Positions 1-10,292 of a stretch of 64,000 nucleotides of DNA are shown here, piece by piece. A program made the position numbers and the translations under genes. The DNA is taken from the IMG/VR virus record IMGVR_UViG_3300032241_000811, positions 1-64,000 of that record, one strand, 5' to 3'. The stretch comes from a virus. The notes beneath the pieces were generated by a model. That model saw only the letters and a list, made by a program, of their open reading frames with translations. It ran no database searches and was not told the DNA's origin. The first letter of the stretch is position 1. Each line of letters starts with the position of its first letter.

Positions 1-228
1 ACGTAACGCCACCTTCGGCGCGGGTTTTTGTGCGGACAATTTTGTTTTCCATTGCAATTCTCTTTGTTAAGGCTTCAATTCCAAAAAACAGGTGTCGTGG
101 GAATGTTTGAGTTCGCAAGTAGCGGCCAAGGGTGCGGGGTTTCAGCCATCTATCTCTCCTTCGCGTGTGGAATATTCAGTTGTCATCGCCGTATGCAGTG
201 CAATCTCATCCGCCCAGTCAGACATGGG

Positions 229-699
229 TTATTCGTTGGTCAGAGCCAGAGCCTGCAAGTCAACGCCTTCAACGGAATCAAAGTCGGGGTCAACAGAGTA
301 AGAACCCCCGCCAAACTCACCTTCCTTGGACATGTTCAAGTCTTGCAACAGCTTTTCAGCAGAGACATCCATGACGGGCTTGCTGGCCTTACCGACCTTC
401 ATAGGCTTGGGGGCCTTGACAGCCTTGATCTTAGGCGCTTTAGGAGCCTTGACAAACTTAGCAGCACGTGCTGCCATAGCGCCTGCGCCCTTGCCATCAG
501 CAACAAACGAATAGGACGCAACGGAGCGACCCTGCTTGTTTACGCTGATTTCAAAGCCAAGCTTGCGCAGGTACCAGATGTTCTTGGAAGCATAATCGCC
601 GCAGCCCAATTCTGTGTTAATTTCAGAAGGGGTTACGGTACCCTTCGCCTTGAGCAGGGCGAGAGTGCGTTCGGGGTATTGCTTATCGCGGGACGACAT
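229..699 (-). CDS. winged-HTH domain protein with Lys/Pro-rich linker
   Basis: N-terminal wHTH-like pattern (TPSEINTELGCG..SKNIWYLRKLGFEI); sigma70-like promoter upstream. Confidence 0.5.
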   Translation of the reverse strand: MSSRDKQYPERTLALLKAKGTVTPSEINTELGCGDYASKNIWYLRKLGFEISVNKQGRSVASYSFVADGKGAGAMAARAAKFVKAPKAPKIKAVKAPKPMKVGKASKPVMDVSAEKLLQDLNMSKEGEFGGGSYSVDPDFDSVEGVDLQALALTNE

Positions 700-789
700 A
701 ATGATATTTACCTTTCTATTGTTGTCAACGATGTTATAATCTTAGTGGAAGCAGCCATAAAAGTCAAGTGACATATTGACGCAGGCTAA

Positions 790-1011
790 TCAATGCTGTG
801 CATCTATGTCAAGCACCTGGACACTCACAGCATTGGCGCCGGCTAACCACTTGTTAATGTGCTTTGAGGTCTTTCTAGACCAATTGGTAGCAGTCTTGTA
901 ATATCCCTTTCCAGGGATCCACATGGCCACAGGGGTTTCGTATGAGAACAGAATCCGCTTGTTGTCAAGCAGAAGTTCTGTCATATTTGCACCTAGGATC
1001 TTGATCTTCAT
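790..1011 (-). CDS. conserved early phage hypothetical protein
   Basis: ILFSYETPVA...WSRKTSKHINKW motif typical of T4-like early genes; RBS upstream. Confidence 0.6.
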   Translation of the reverse strand: MKIKILGANMTELLLDNKRILFSYETPVAMWIPGKGYYKTATNWSRKTSKHINKWLAGANAVSVQVLDIDAQH

Positions 1012-1067
1012 ATCTACTACTCCTTGTTGTTTAGCACGAAATTGGCGTGTCTCATTGATATACTGAC

Positions 1068-1135
1068 CTTATAGGACGTTTAGCGATGCTTTGCAAGACA
1101 TATTTTTTGGCATACCTGGTATGCAAAACTGTCAT
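1068..1135 (-). promoter_or_regulatory. sigma70 early promoter with upstream GCAT-N7-ATGC-N7-GCAT operator (copy 1)
   Basis: TTGCAA-N17-TATAAG on minus strand; motif 1110-1135. Confidence 0.7.
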
Positions 1136-1139
1136 AGCG

Positions 1140-1188
1140 TAAGTCATTGATTTTGTTGGGGGGGTTTCATAGGGCTAACCTATTGATT
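1140..1188. promoter_or_regulatory. two IHF-like sites
   Basis: AATCAAtgacTTA and AATCAAtaggTTA on minus strand match WATCAANNNNTTR. Confidence 0.5.
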
Positions 1189-1836
1189 TTATTGAGCAAT
1201 ATATGCACCAGCGCGGCTCAAGATATTGTCGGAAGCTGCCACAGCGGCTTCCATGAGGGCTTTTTCGTCGATAGGGGATACATCAACTCGCTCACAGTTC
1301 TTCGCCCAGACCCATACCATGTCTTTATAGGCGTCAACCACCTTGCCATTTGGCAGAGCCTTCTTGTATGTAATATCAGAAGTTGCAATGCCCAGCTTTT
1401 GCATCACGCAAGAGTGCCGGCCAAAGCCGTAGCGGGCGTCCATGCACACTACAACCTTACCTTGCAATCCCTTGGCATTACGACCTTTGATGATCTTGGC
1501 AATACAGCCCTTGATGAGCCGTGCAGCTTCATCCTTAGCGGTATTCATCTTCTTTAGATAGGTGTGCTTGATGAGCCAGTTGCGATATGCGCTCTTCACT
1601 TCATCGGTGGCGTCTATCTCAGCAGTGGCTTTACGCGGCCCTTCCCACAAGACAACAACGAGTACATCTTGAGGTTGTGAGATATCTGGACGCCAAACCT
1701 TCGCCCAGATGGCGGTGCACCATACATCGCTCATAATACGATAGTTAGTGTCATGCCAGATGTCCAGAACACAACCAGCATGTTCAATCTTCTCGGTAGT
1801 TGTACCGTCTTTTTTTACAACTCGCACGATAGCCAT
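1189..1836 (-). CDS. hypothetical early protein
   Basis: 215 aa ORF with GGAG RBS, downstream of promoter copy 2. Confidence 0.65.
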   Translation of the reverse strand: MAIVRVVKKDGTTTEKIEHAGCVLDIWHDTNYRIMSDVWCTAIWAKVWRPDISQPQDVLVVVLWEGPRKATAEIDATDEVKSAYRNWLIKHTYLKKMNTAKDEAARLIKGCIAKIIKGRNAKGLQGKVVVCMDARYGFGRHSCVMQKLGIATSDITYKKALPNGKVVDAYKDMVWVWAKNCERVDVSPIDEKALMEAAVAASDNILSRAGAYIAQ

Positions 1837-1866
1837 TCAGATATCTCCGTCTTTCAATATGCTATA

Positions 1867-1932
1867 CATATAGCATTTTTGGCTAAGCTTTGCAAGACAA
1901 ATCTGCGCATTGCTGGTATGCGTTTCAAGCAT
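1867..1932 (-). promoter_or_regulatory. sigma70 early promoter with operator (copy 2)
   Basis: TTGCAA-N17-TATATG; motif 1907-1932. Confidence 0.7.
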
Positions 1933-2193
1933 ATCCAACTCTATTGGTAGTTGTATAATAGGCCTTTACAACCTATGCGATTTTAGTGGAAGTCGTCTAT
2001 GATGTCAGCTTCATCTTTGTGGTCTCGCCAAGCTTTGGTCCAGTTTTGGATTGGCCTGCGGCGCTGTTCTTTGTTGGGGCGATGATTGATTGCCAGCATA
2101 TTATTTTCATCTGGATCAAGGTCCCTATAGTTATTCTTTTTCTTGTTTTGTGCCAATAAAAAAGATTTTGCCATATTACACATTACCTTTTCT

Positions 2194-2589
2194 TTAAGTT
2201 TTAATACCCTTCTTCTCCAAGCGGGCGCTCCATTCACCAAAGGTTGAACCATGATTGACTGGATTACCACTGACATATTGCCAGTGATGCACCATCTCAT
2301 GGGCTAACACTTCAACGAAAAACTTTTTGGATTTATAGCGATGGTTCATCTTGATCACACTCTCGCTAAGGTGGGGATTATTGTCATCAATGATACATTC
2401 ATACAATCCCCATGTCTTGCGGCGTCTGCCAATCTCAAAGCGGGTTGGCAGAGGCAGTTCTTTATTAAAGAAAACATTGTTGAGGATTCTAAACCACTTT
2501 TCACAATCTTCATAAGATGTCTCATAAAGCAAATCGTATTTTTCATTTACGACTTTCTCAAGCTTTGTCTTATATGAGTGTCTTGCCAT
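2194..2589 (-). CDS. SprT-like zinc metallopeptidase domain protein
   Basis: LAHEMVHHWQ HExxH motif plus downstream H. Confidence 0.75.
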   Translation of the reverse strand: MARHSYKTKLEKVVNEKYDLLYETSYEDCEKWFRILNNVFFNKELPLPTRFEIGRRRKTWGLYECIIDDNNPHLSESVIKMNHRYKSKKFFVEVLAHEMVHHWQYVSGNPVNHGSTFGEWSARLEKKGIKT

Positions 2590-2641
2590 CTATTTGGTTC
2601 TCTCCTACTAGAATGGTGGCACATGTTAAAAAGATAGTTCA

Positions 2642-3076
2642 TTAGTTTTTATCAGGCAGCATACCAGGAAAAGCTTCTTGCACAAGTTCATAAGACAACC
2701 CATCAACAGGAAGTTTCTTCATCAACATACCCGCAAACACTTCCGCTTCACGCTGCTCTAATGATTCAAGCATTTGAACTAGAAGATACTTCTTGCGTTC
2801 CATAGTAAGCGTAGGTGATACTTTTGGATTGTTCACTTCAAAGAGATAGACACGTCCCAGTTCTTGATGAATGGATGAATAACTCAAACCAGGAGGGGCA
2901 TCTGACTTTCTATACTCAGGGATTGACTCAAAGACATACTTGATATATGGATGAAATGCGCCGCGCAATACAGCATCCAATGCATATCCACTATTCTTGC
3001 GCAACACAGCGATCTTCTGCTCTTTTGTAGGCGCCGCCACAAAATCGTCAAACACTTCACTTACCAATTTCAACAT
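2642..3076 (-). CDS. conserved T4-like hypothetical protein (rnh neighbour)
   Basis: EQKIAVLRK...MLESL..REAEV pattern; likely start MLKLVSE at 3076. Confidence 0.65.
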   Translation of the reverse strand: MLKLVSEVFDDFVAAPTKEQKIAVLRKNSGYALDAVLRGAFHPYIKYVFESIPEYRKSDAPPGLSYSSIHQELGRVYLFEVNNPKVSPTLTMERKKYLLVQMLESLEQREAEVFAGMLMKKLPVDGLSYELVQEAFPGMLPDKN

Positions 3077-3161
3077 TTTAGTCTTCCTTTTTTCATAAAT
3101 AAGATTGTAGGTCGCGGATGGGAGTCCCACCTACTCTAATACCACAAAGGAGTATCAGCCC

Positions 3162-3726
3162 ATGACTATTTATACTATATACAAACTCACCAACAAAGTC
3201 AATAATAAATCATACATAGGCTTCACAAAAAGATGGCCTCAAAGAATAAAAGAACATTCTTGGGCTTGCACTAATATGCTTATTCACAAAGCCATTAGAA
3301 AATATGGAATGGATTCTTTTGAAAGTAGCATTCTTTATCAGGGGGAAGATAAAGATTTTACTCTGTCTATTATGGAGCCTCATTATATAAAAATGTATAA
3401 TACTTTGATAGAAGGATATAATCAAACTTCTGGTGGAGAAGGAACATCTGTCCAGAAATCTATAGAGCATAAAAGAAAGATTGGTCTGGCTCACATCGGT
3501 ATGAAAAGATCCAAACAAACCTGTGCGAACATTAGCAAAGCTAAAATAGGTAAAAAAAATGTCTATTGAAGCTAGGAAAAATATGTCTGACGGTCATAAA
3601 GGTCTCAAACAAAGTAAGGATACTATTGAAAAACGCGCCTCAAGGCATCGAGGCAAAAAAAGAAGTGAAGAAACACGACAAAAAATGCGTGATGCCAAGT
3701 GTCCTAGAATCCTAGAACTCCTGTGA
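3162..3726 (+). pseudogene. GIY-YIG homing endonuclease with NUMOD3 repeats, frameshifted
   Basis: YTIY..TN..N.KSYIG motif; the A8 run at 3552-3559 breaks the frame, and A7 restores further NUMOD3 repeats to a stop at 3726. Confidence 0.75.
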
Positions 3727-4563
3727 TACTTCCATTAGATTGACAAGCTTCTTTTCAGCAAAGTAGGTCATCAAGTCGCTGCGCTTTGCAGCCTTTGTAT
3801 TGTCATAGGCTTCCACGATCTTGTTCTTGATATCTTCTGGAATGTAATCCAGGTCAACAAGCAACTGATTTCGCTTATAGCCTCGAAGCATTGTATCATT
3901 GGTGCAAAAATCTTCAATAGGCTTTGACAACCATTGAGTCAGCTTCTTACTATTTATGACTTTCTGGCGCTCTCCTAAAACGAATACATTATCAGCAGAT
4001 AGAAAGTTGGGGATGCCGTCACCCCTGTCGCCCTTGAGAATATGCTCTTTGACATACATTGCAGGATCCTCGGTCTTGATAAACCGCTTGAGAATAGGGC
4101 TATACTGAGTGACATTAGGATACTTTTGAAGCTGCATGAAGTCTTTGTCTGACGATAGAATCAAGATTTCCTCATGCGCTGCCATACGTGTGGCCAGAAC
4201 GCCAATGATGTCATCCGCTTCTGCGCCTTCAACTTCAATGACTTTATGGGGGAAATGCACCTTGAGTTCATCACGAATCTTATTGAGGATTTCAAAGATG
4301 TTTACCCAATCAAAGCCTGACTCTTCTCTCGCCTTCTTGCGGTTGGCCTTGTAGAAAGGAAATACCTGCCGGCGCCAGAAGTGCTTGTTGTCACACGCAA
4401 TGACAACCTCACCATACTTTTGTTTGAACTGTTTGATATAGGAACGCAGGCAGTTCCAGACCATATGCCGAATGAGGTTCTCATCCAGCTTTGTTTTGGG
4501 GTTGGAATTGATTTGCTGCATCAGATTGGAAATAAGAACCTGATTGAGGTCAAATAAGATCAT
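3712..4563 (-). CDS. rnh: T4-type RNase H / 5'-3' exonuclease
   Basis: MILFDLNQ, YKANR, EADD, SSDKDF.QL, GDRGDGIPN motifs. Confidence 0.95.
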   Translation of the reverse strand: MILFDLNQVLISNLMQQINSNPKTKLDENLIRHMVWNCLRSYIKQFKQKYGEVVIACDNKHFWRRQVFPFYKANRKKAREESGFDWVNIFEILNKIRDELKVHFPHKVIEVEGAEADDIIGVLATRMAAHEEILILSSDKDFMQLQKYPNVTQYSPILKRFIKTEDPAMYVKEHILKGDRGDGIPNFLSADNVFVLGERQKVINSKKLTQWLSKPIEDFCTNDTMLRGYKRNQLLVDLDYIPEDIKNKIVEAYDNTKAAKRSDLMTYFAEKKLVNLMEVSQEF

Positions 4564-4611
4564 GTCAAATAATACTCTTCATTATGGAAACAATAAGCTA
4601 TCTTACACTAT

Positions 4612-5007
4612 CTAATCAGTTTTGTCAACTGTATTATTGTCATTGTTTCCGGATTCTTGAACTGGTTCATTCTTTTCCAATCGCTTGAGTGCTGGATTTT
4701 CCGTGACGATTTCAATACTGGAATTAATAAACGCATGGAGAGGATGTTCTATACCAAGATTGCGGTATATGGTTACGCGTAGAACATCGATGAGGAAAGC
4801 ATAGTCTTTACTGGTTTCAATATCAATTTCAATGCCGTTATTACTCAACCCATAAAGGGTATTGTCCATGATGTTAGCAAGAACATCTTCTGCATAGTTG
4901 ATCTTGCCGCGCTCTTTTGTTTTTTCTAGTTCCTCGACATTAGGTGGAACTTCCCTGACTATTTTATTCTTCGGAAAATGGTAGATGTTGTCCTGAGTTG
5001 TCGTCAT
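4612..5007 (-). CDS. hypothetical protein
   Basis: 131 aa ORF in the minus-strand operon. Confidence 0.55.
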   Translation of the reverse strand: MTTTQDNIYHFPKNKIVREVPPNVEELEKTKERGKINYAEDVLANIMDNTLYGLSNNGIEIDIETSKDYAFLIDVLRVTIYRNLGIEHPLHAFINSSIEIVTENPALKRLEKNEPVQESGNNDNNTVDKTD

Positions 5008-5476
5008 TCTTTTCCTTTTTCTTCTTTTCAGGCGCCGCCTTCTTCTTCTTTTTTATCTCTGCTGCTTTTTCTTTTTCAGCTTCTTCAAGACGGTCCTGCT
5101 TTTCTTTTTCCAACAACGCCTTTGCTGCTGCCTTTTCCTCTTTCTCTATTTGCTTTGCACGTTTCTGGTTCTTAGTATTTAGCTTATCAAATAGTTCGTT
5201 CTTGAAGTCCCAGTCCTCAAAGTCTTTGATGACACAAATTCCATCATCAAGAAAGTCATACTTGTCCATAAGACGAGCGCCATAACCAAACGCATCACCC
5301 TCTCTGGAGAATACGGGAGCATCACAGAAAAACTCAAACATTGCATTTGGATTTCCGTTCCACTTACCCGTATCATCCGAGACGGTGCCGTAAATGGAAT
5401 CTATGTTCTTGCAATATGCTGCTCTATATTCCGGTCCAGCGGTTTTGAGAACATAAATTCCATCAGTGCCATACAT
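4964..5476 (-). CDS. hypothetical protein with charged C-terminus
   Basis: 170 aa ORF. Confidence 0.55.
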   Translation of the reverse strand: MYGTDGIYVLKTAGPEYRAAYCKNIDSIYGTVSDDTGKWNGNPNAMFEFFCDAPVFSREGDAFGYGARLMDKYDFLDDGICVIKDFEDWDFKNELFDKLNTKNQKRAKQIEKEEKAAAKALLEKEKQDRLEEAEKEKAAEIKKKKKAAPEKKKKEKNDDNSGQHLPFSEE

Positions 5477-5490
5477 AATATTATCTTTTG

Positions 5491-5580
5491 TTACTTCTTG
5501 CGGTTCTTACGAGCCTTGCGCTTTGCGCTGCCGATCTTTCTACGACCCTTACGTGGGCGATTCTTATGTGGATGTGGCAT
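5491..5580 (-). CDS. very basic 29 aa peptide
   Basis: MPHPHKNRPRKGRRKIGSAKRKARKNRKK, starts right after upstream stop with GGAGG RBS. Confidence 0.5.
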   Translation of the reverse strand: MPHPHKNRPRKGRRKIGSAKRKARKNRKK

Positions 5581-5581
5581 A

Positions 5582-5833
5582 TTATAATGAAACCTCCATT
5601 TTCTGAACACTATCAACTCTGAACGAACGCCAGGAGCCCTTGTCAATGTCCCATACAGGAATGACATCTTCATTTACTGCCCGAGGCGTTTTATCTTCTT
5701 TTACTTCCTTGGCTTCTGGCAATTGGTTAGCCATAAGAGTGCAGTGCATCTCTCGCTTGCTGCCGTCTGCCTTTTCAAAAATAACGCTACAGACATTATT
5801 CTTGAGCATATCCAACATTTCATTCCTTGTCAT
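5582..5833 (-). CDS. WYL_2/Sm-like SH3 barrel protein
   Basis: V.FEKADG..REM.CTL...VWD.DK.SWRSFR motif. Confidence 0.75.
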   Translation of the reverse strand: MTRNEMLDMLKNNVCSVIFEKADGSKREMHCTLMANQLPEAKEVKEDKTPRAVNEDVIPVWDIDKGSWRSFRVDSVQKMEVSL

Positions 5834-6085
5834 AATGAATACCCTTTCGTACCTTTGCTACCATCTTTTCAAAGTCTGTATGAACCATAAAGTATTTCAG
5901 GGTGGAGAGAATACCGTCTGATGTATCCACGAAGTTTTCATAGTCTTCCATTTGGTGTCCAGGAAGAACTTCACCGCTATGCATACGACTTTCCAATCTT
6001 GCCATTTCTTCCAAAAGAGACCTATATGCTCTGATAAGGTTCTTCACTACAATCTTGTCTGCTATTTCATCATCAATCTTGATCT

Positions 6086-6340
6086 TCATTCTAATGCTCC
6101 AATAATACCTGTTTCTTCACAATAGCGAGCCAAGTCCTCATACCCGCCTATTCGTTTATTAGTTTTATCATAAATCTGTGGTGCTGTCAAGGGCAAATCG
6201 GTTGGCACAATTGCACGTAACTGTTCCTTGGTATAATCAACACCAAGAACAAGTTCCTTGTATTCCAGATTCAAGTCCTTCATTAGCTGCTTGGCCTTGT
6301 CACACCATATGCAGTTTGTCTTTGTGTAAATGGTATACAT
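6086..6340 (-). CDS. nrdC: glutaredoxin
   Basis: CIWC, TAPQI, IGGYEDL. Confidence 0.9.
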   Translation of the reverse strand: MYTIYTKTNCIWCDKAKQLMKDLNLEYKELVLGVDYTKEQLRAIVPTDLPLTAPQIYDKTNKRIGGYEDLARYCEETGIIGALE

Positions 6341-6748
6341 ATTATTTTTTCAACCCATACTTATTATTCCGTTTCTTAACATCATCGTAATAGTCATATG
6401 TAGAAAAGTATATGTATATGAGAGCGGCGGCTAAAACAGAAATAGGGAAACCATTTGGACCAAACAAATAAATAGACAATAAAATAAAAGCAATGCCAAG
6501 CCCGGCGCACCCAATAATCTTACTAAACATCTTTGCTGCTTTCCTATGAATCTCCAAGTCACCATACCAAAGTGTTTTCTCATTCTTATTATCGCTCATT
6601 TGCTTTCTCCTGTATTAGTTGTTCAATCGTTGCGCGTAGCCGCTCATTGGTTTCTTCCAAGTCGGCTACTTCGTGCTGTAATTTGATCAATCTGGACCTA
6701 AGCTGTGGATATAGCTTGTCCAGTTGCTCAATCAATTCATCGGTTATA

Positions 6749-7270
6749 CTATCTGACATTCTTCACCAAGATTATCACATCAAAGCCCTCATCAAAGCTT
6801 GGCTCTTCAATAGTTGCAGCCATGCGCTTCAAGACTTCTTTAGGAATAGTCTTGCCTGGTCGAGAGACCAGACGGCGCTCCCACTCTTCATCAGAGGGCT
6901 TGTGAAAGTACACGGCGATCTTTTGATAAGTGTCTGGAATCATGGCTAGCTTCTTGGCACGGCTCTTCTTGCTGAGGTTAGTCTGGTCCCAGACGATGTC
7001 AGCATCTTCCAGTAGTGCTTCTTTCACCGTATCATATAACAAAGCTTCTGCTTCCTTGATAGTGCTTTCAAACACTTCGTTATAGGTCGATCCCTTTTTC
7101 AATGCCACTTGTTCAATGAAATTATCTGTAGAAGCCAACCAAAAGTTATTTGAGATGGTATTCATACTCAAGAAGTTCTTGCTGTACCAAGTAGACTTCC
7201 CAGAAGCAGGAAGCCCGATCAGCATGTACAACGTGGGACGCTCTTCCCCAATTTTAGTAAACTTCATCAC
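6749..7270 (-). CDS. polynucleotide kinase-like P-loop protein (PseT N-terminal/AAA_33)
   Basis: GLPASGKST, WDQTNL...R, EPSFDEGF. Confidence 0.8.
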   Translation of the reverse strand: MMKFTKIGEERPTLYMLIGLPASGKSTWYSKNFLSMNTISNNFWLASTDNFIEQVALKKGSTYNEVFESTIKEAEALLYDTVKEALLEDADIVWDQTNLSKKSRAKKLAMIPDTYQKIAVYFHKPSDEEWERRLVSRPGKTIPKEVLKRMAATIEEPSFDEGFDVIILVKNVR

Positions 7271-8001
7271 AACTTCTCCAACTTCTTCTTGGCAATATCC
7301 AACTGTTCATTCAAATCAGAGATCACCTTTTCCAACTCAACCTTCTTAGGATCTTTCTTTTTAAGAGGTGTAAACTTGGAAATCAACATCATGATCAATG
7401 GCTTAAATTCTTCTTCCAAGTCATTGAGAGTAATGGTTTTATTAAAAATGTTTAGTTCATAACCAACTTCATTTCTAGACCTATAACCAGTCAAAGTTTT
7501 CCCATTGTAAATGAAAGAAAACCAATCATTGTTTGATTCAATGTCTGCATCACCAGATACCTTGGCATCACCATAGACCTTGGCATCACCATAGACATAG
7601 GCATTACCATAGACATAGGCATTACCATAGACATTGGCATTACCAGATACCTTGGCATTACCATAGACATAGGCATTACCATAGACATTGGCATTATCAT
7701 AGACCTTGGCATTATAAAAGACATTGGCATCACCAGATACCTTGGCATTACCATAGACATAGGCATTACCATAGACATTGGCATCACCATAGACATAGGC
7801 ATTACCATAGACATAGGCATTACCATAGACATTGGCATCACCAAATACCTTGACATTATCAAAGACCTTGGCATCACCAGATACCTTGGCATCACCAAAT
7901 ACCTTAGCATCACCAAATACCTTGACATTATCAAAGACCTTGGCATCACCAAATACCTTAGCATCACCAAATACCTTAGCATTATAAAATACGTTTTTCA
8001 T
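7267..8001 (-). CDS. hexapeptide-repeat (beta-helix) protein
   Basis: about 25 repeats of A[KNY]V[YFS]G[DN]; likely start at 8001. Confidence 0.75.
   Translation of the reverse strand: MKNVFYNAKVFGDAKVFGDAKVFDNVKVFGDAKVFGDAKVSGDAKVFDNVKVFGDANVYGNAYVYGNAYVYGDANVYGNAYVYGNAKVSGDANVFYNAKVYDNANVYGNAYVYGNAKVSGNANVYGNAYVYGNAYVYGDAKVYGDAKVSGDADIESNNDWFSFIYNGKTLTGYRSRNEVGYELNIFNKTITLNDLEEEFKPLIMMLISKFTPLKKKDPKKVELEKVISDLNEQLDIAKKKLEKL
7545..7990. repeat. degenerate 18-bp tandem repeat
   Basis: ggcattaccatagacata-type units encoding the hexapeptide repeat. Confidence 0.9.
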
Positions 8002-8002
8002 T

Positions 8003-9178
8003 TCAATCTTCTCCAATCTCATTATAATGTACGTCTGACAAGAAAGCATCCTTGACCTTCTGATAAGAACGCTTGCTACCACAGTTCTTCTTGACACTAT
8101 CTACAATCAACTGATACGCATCGGACCAATCAAGGTCTTTTTCCCAGAGACGGAACACCATGCCACGCCACATTGGATCTACGCTACCCCCACTGTTAAT
8201 AGCGTAGTCTTTCTTGGTTCCAGCGCTCTTGGCCAGAGTCCAGGCAGTCAAAAGAGTCTCAGCCTTTTCAGTCAATTCCAAAAGCATCTCATTGCGGAAC
8301 TTTTCTATCTTATTCACATCATCCTTTGGCAGAACAGGCAACAAGTCATCCAACTCATTGTTCAGAATGAGAGACACGACATCACGCTCCTGCCCCAACA
8401 GAGCCTTGACTTTGTGAATACGCACATACCAGTCTGACTTGATCTTGAACATGTGTCCGTCATCAAAGCGGACAACGACACCCTCTTCACCTTCATGATT
8501 GCGAACGAGATCAATGATCACGTTGATGTCAAGGGATTTAGTTTTGATTGCCTTGACGACTTCGATGCCGTAACGCTCTCCGATGTTCTCTAGCGCATCT
8601 TGTAACAAATAGTTGCCAGAATGATTGACACGCATTGCAGTCAGAACAAGACGATCTTCTGGATAGTTCAGAACGATGCGGTTCTTGTTGGAACACCATT
8701 CAAACACGGGAGTGAACCCATTCTTCAAATAGCGTTCAGCAAGTTCAGTATAATCGGGCCGAGAAGCAACAAAAGCTTCAGCTTCCATGCTGGTGTCGGT
8801 GATGCCCATCTTGGTCATCCAACGGATATGGCCATTCACATAGCACGGGCTGACCATAGAGCCGTCCAGCTTCTCCAAAATCATGTGAGGCTTGTTCAAA
8901 TTGATGTTGGTCAGAGAGGTCTCGTCTCGCTCATTCACATTGAAAAACTTGTGATAGCGTCGATTGATCAGCTTGCCTTCCGTGTCAAATACAAGACCTC
9001 GGCACTCACGGCGAATGGCCGTTTTTATGTCATCAACTGGAGGAAAAGTCGTCTCATTCATCACCACATAGTTGATCACGGTATAGCCATCCTTGGCTAC
9101 CACGACGAACTCTGGTGAACCCTCAATATGTGGAAGGACATCGCTGATATGCGAGATGAATGGAAAAGAATAGTTCAT
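8003..9178 (-). CDS. rnlA: RNA ligase 1
   Basis: RECRGL, KFFN, EKLDGS, FEW, EGVV, KIKS motifs. Confidence 0.92.
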   Translation of the reverse strand: MNYSFPFISHISDVLPHIEGSPEFVVVAKDGYTVINYVVMNETTFPPVDDIKTAIRRECRGLVFDTEGKLINRRYHKFFNVNERDETSLTNINLNKPHMILEKLDGSMVSPCYVNGHIRWMTKMGITDTSMEAEAFVASRPDYTELAERYLKNGFTPVFEWCSNKNRIVLNYPEDRLVLTAMRVNHSGNYLLQDALENIGERYGIEVVKAIKTKSLDINVIIDLVRNHEGEEGVVVRFDDGHMFKIKSDWYVRIHKVKALLGQERDVVSLILNNELDDLLPVLPKDDVNKIEKFRNEMLLELTEKAETLLTAWTLAKSAGTKKDYAINSGGSVDPMWRGMVFRLWEKDLDWSDAYQLIVDSVKKNCGSKRSYQKVKDAFLSDVHYNEIGED

Positions 9179-9213
9179 ATCCTGTTAGCTTTCATTTATT
9201 CCGTATAAGAGTA

Positions 9214-10290
9214 TTATACAGCAAAGCCGAACTTTTGTCTAGTCTTTTCGTTCTGTTGATTGAAGATTTCGCTCAAGGCATATTCAGGTTTTGCTGTTCC
9301 ATCTTCATTCAGTGGAAGAGGTACACCAAGCTTTCCAGCGGCAATGGTTGCCTCCGATTGATTCAACAACCTGAAATTGCGGGCATCAAAACAACGACCA
9401 GGGCGCAACAAAGCATCATCAATCTTGGTAAGGTTGGTGATGTTAGCAGTGAAGATAAACTTTTTATCATCGGAAGAAACAAGACCATCAGCAGAGTTGA
9501 GAATCTTGTTCATGATCTTGTTGCCTTCTTTTTCTCGGCTTGTCAGTAACACATCGGCATCTTCCATGATAACATACTTCTTGGTGTTATTGAAACACTC
9601 CACATAGAACTTGTCGGTGTTCATAACGGATTCATCAAATGTGGTGATTGCTTCTGCGTTGTTGATTGTCAAAAGCTGGCGAATGAATGATGTCTTGCCG
9701 GTGCCAGGAGGACCCAACAGGATCAAGACATTTGATCTGCTTTGATCAAAACGCTTGCAATATGCTTCAACACCACCCTTGATGAAAGGATAAAACTCAT
9801 CATGGAAGACAGTGTTGAGTCTCATCATCTTTTCAGTTGATACCAAGTCGCCGCCCCCAATGGTGTAATACCAATCAATGGTGATCTGCTTGGTGGACTT
9901 TGACTTGAAGTGATCATGAAGCATCTTGAGTGTGCTGGTCTCAAAACCATAGATCGTGATACCAATGTTATTATGCCCTTTGGACCAGCCATCAGAATAC
10001 GACCTGTTCTTGAGGGTGATCATGACATTAGGTGCATACAGAACACACCGTGAATCAGAGAGAAACTGAAACTTGAACTCTGGAAATTGCTTGACAAACT
10101 CATCCACAAAGTTGATCATTGTGGTATTGTTATGAAAGATTTCAACATGAGAACAATAAACGCTATTCTTGCCATTCTCAGGAAGGTTGTCAAGCCAAGC
10201 TTCTTTGATACGCTCCTGTTTCAGTTCCCAGTCTGTGCTGTCAAAGACATATCCAAAAGAAGTCTTATTGATCGCTTTTGTTTCAAACAT
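9214..10290 (-). CDS. AAA+ ATPase
   Basis: GPPGTGKT, MEDAD, LLRPGR. Confidence 0.85.
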   Translation of the reverse strand: MFETKAINKTSFGYVFDSTDWELKQERIKEAWLDNLPENGKNSVYCSHVEIFHNNTTMINFVDEFVKQFPEFKFQFLSDSRCVLYAPNVMITLKNRSYSDGWSKGHNNIGITIYGFETSTLKMLHDHFKSKSTKQITIDWYYTIGGGDLVSTEKMMRLNTVFHDEFYPFIKGGVEAYCKRFDQSRSNVLILLGPPGTGKTSFIRQLLTINNAEAITTFDESVMNTDKFYVECFNNTKKYVIMEDADVLLTSREKEGNKIMNKILNSADGLVSSDDKKFIFTANITNLTKIDDALLRPGRCFDARNFRLLNQSEATIAAGKLGVPLPLNEDGTAKPEYALSEIFNQQNEKTRQKFGFAV

Positions 10291-10292
10291 CT

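Noticed and set aside
28-771. Long plus-strand ORFs (28-771, 10278-10757 and similar)
   Set aside because: Antisense to credible minus-strand genes and without recognisable motifs; only the two HEGs at 3162 and 44908 look real on the plus strand.
7491-7982. Met-rich ORF (7491-7982, -) and His/Arg-rich ORF (7533-7853, +)
   Set aside because: Alternative-frame shadows of the 18-bp repeat in the hexapeptide gene.
7545-7990. Possible CRISPR array
   Set aside because: Contiguous coding repeats without unique spacers; no cas genes or repeat-spacer array seen in the window.
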